Assembly: GCA_010093705.1 (NCBI GenBank)
Contig: MU006114.1
Coordinates: 186,001-250,000 of the forward strand
Length of the DNA: 64,000 bases
DNA from: Patellaria atrata CBS 101060
Taxonomy: Eukaryota
Reading direction: 5' to 3'
In this document: positions 61,709 through 64,000 of the stretch, in pieces
How the letters are laid out: the number at the start of each line of letters is the position of its first letter
Position numbering within the stretch: position 1 is the stretch's first letter
Program-made: the position numbers and the translations under genes
Notes under the pieces: model-generated
Seen by the model: the letters and a program-made list of their open reading frames with translations, nothing else
Databases searched by the model: none
Told to the model about the DNA's origin: nothing

Positions 61709-64000
61709 ACGTAACACGACATCATTTTTGTGAGCTGTCAATTACTGACGCCTATCAAATTGTCAAAGGTGAGGCAGAGGGATTTGGAGCTTATTCATCA
61801 GCATGCCTATATCGCATCGACGAATGAAGAATTGCAGCTCTACATTGTGGTGGAAACCTTGAAATTTCTGTTTTCACTAGTTTAGCGCTTGATGCGCTCA
61901 GAATACCTACACCTCACCGCTTGTACCGGTATTGTACAGTACACTCATATTTTGTAAACCTCTTACCAAGGGAGGTACCAAAGGTACTCTACTGTACGTA
62001 CATAACAACGACTCAACGAGATTGGCGTTAGCAAAAAAAGCAAACCAAATTGTGAGCGGGAGCTATCAATTAAAGAAATGACTAGCTAATAATAAGAGCT
62101 GTGGTGTAGGATAAATGGAAAATGAGCCCGAGGGCAAAAGGCAACGCCTTTTAGCAATATCAAAGGATATAAGATACAAAAGTGTAATCAGATCAACAAT
62201 TGAACAAAAGAGATTGGTTACAAACGGTCAGATGATCTGATATTCGAGCCCTGCAGGGAAAGCTCCCTTGCCGTTAAGATATAGCCGAATATACATATCG
62301 ACCAAAGAAGAGAACCGTCTTACCTCAAGCTTCAACGTCTATCACATCTCACCAACGTTCTTGGACCATGGTACTACCCTCAACTTTACTCAGACTTGGT
62401 TCAAGGATATACCCAAGTCAACCTACTATGGCTTCCGGTCAGCTAGCAACACGCACGTGGTAAAGCTGCGACTATATTAGTTTTCTACGGCAGGTATTCA
62501 AAGGTTTTACTTTGTAGAGTTCTGAACGAACCAATGAATATCAATATAGCACCTGGCATGTTTTGACTTTCTGACGATATTGGAAAGACACGAAAATGTT
62601 TGAGATTCATAATCATACCACAGATGCAACTGAGGATAAAAAATCACGACCGGTGCGAGCTTTCTTGGTACGAGCAGGTCTTGGTAAGTCACAAAGTGAT
62701 ACGATATCGCAGCACTTCGCTAATTGACATCCGAGCGTGGGAGCGGAGACGTTAGGCCCAGAGCAATACCTCCTTCAATTGCACCATCGACACCTCCACT
62801 TTGTCATTTTGAAACATGCTGAAACATCTTGAACGAATCGTTGTTCTCTAGGCACGCATCAACAGGTAGGTTTTATACAATAGTCTCGTACAATAATACG
62901 GAGTACCATGCACCTCAGTACTGAGCGGAACCAAAAGACGACGAGAGTTCTTGATATCCTTACCAACAACGCGGCTGCCGAAGAATAGGAACGTGTTAAG
63001 CGTTAAGCGTTTCATAATTAAAACGGTCCCAACTTTCAACCTTGGGAGCATGAACAGCATTATTGAATCCCATAACCCCTGTACCGGTAAGATATCTTGC
63101 ATGACATCTGAACTTTGCCAATAACAGGATGATCGCTGTATGGTAACCTTCTATATCCGGGGAAATTTGTATTTCAGACCAGAGTGATGAGACTGCGCAC
63201 TAACCTAGGCTCGATTCCAACGATTCTGTGAAATCATTCCTGGATACTGCATGACTGGTATTGACTTGCATGCTTATCTGGCAATCTGGGCCGAGTTCAA
63301 GATGAAAACTGAACAGGCAACACAGGTCGTAGGAAAAGATCCCCCCTCATGATGATCGGTGGGAGTTAAGCTCCGCGTCTGCCGCCCCGACTCGCTCATA
63401 TCCAGGCAAATCCTACGGCTTGGCTTTGTTGACAGATCGGCAGCTCGAGCATCTGACTTGTGATTATTTAGAATGATGTCGAAATAAATGGGGATCAAAA
63501 GCCAGACGCCAACAGTTTCCCGGGGCTTCAGCCTTGGGCGCTGATGAATAAAACCACCAACATGATGATAGGAAAGGTTAGATGGATGTGTGGCGAACGG
63601 CTGCTAAACTTGCTAAACTTGCCAAAGTCTATACTAGATCTACCATAGCCAAGTGAAAGGTATGGAGCCACTGCCCTGTACTCGTTACACTCGCGTGTGA
63701 TGCCTGAAGAGCTGAGAAGCTAGTGTGAAAGGTTTTTCGTTGGATAAAATATCGACGTACTATAGAATTTGCTTACCGTATATCTCTCAGAACGAGCATT
63801 ACGAATTGCGACGGATGATACATGTGGACGAGGAGCTCAGTCAAAATTACCCGAATCGCTCTCGGAGCTGGTAGGGATCAGCTATGGATACCGTACTGTC
63901 CACTATGCAAGAGTGGAGTTTTAAAGCTCTATCTTAGGGGTCGTCATTCGTCAAGTTGTTGCCAGACTGCCAGCAGTTCGACTCGTTCGAAGAGAAATAC

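Noticed and set aside
60600..64000. Short ORFs such as 62268-62480
   Set aside because: Short ORFs with no recognisable motif or exon chain; treated as intergenic.

Overview
Gene-dense nuclear DNA from a filamentous ascomycete (Pezizomycotina), inferred from short GT-AG introns with CTRAY branch sites and fungal housekeeping genes. I rebuilt 21 protein-coding genes by hand: patatin-like lipase, RPL10, RPL30, UGGT/KRE5, alpha-COP, CorA-like and NIPA-like transporters, a secreted SGNH esterase, COG4, a GPI-anchored protein, a pseudouridine glycosidase-kinase fusion, OST1, VTC4, a Gfo/Idh/MocA oxidoreductase, a dienelactone-hydrolase-like protein, RMT2, a P450 and four uncharacterised proteins. 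There is also a 556-bp MITE with an 8-bp TSD and two 100-N gaps. Two observations stand out. (1) The first RPL30 intervening sequence only gives the correct frame as a nested [D1,2] spliceosomal twin intron (stwintron); one-step splicing makes a premature stop, so it could be an autoregulatory switch. (2) Alpha-COP stops at about 861 aa and lacks its whole C-terminal domain. Also noted: a hairpin-packed element with Pol III-like boxes, a long intron splitting the patatin catalytic Ser codon, and a recurring C-then-G skew in coding strands. All gene models are manual and have no transcript support.
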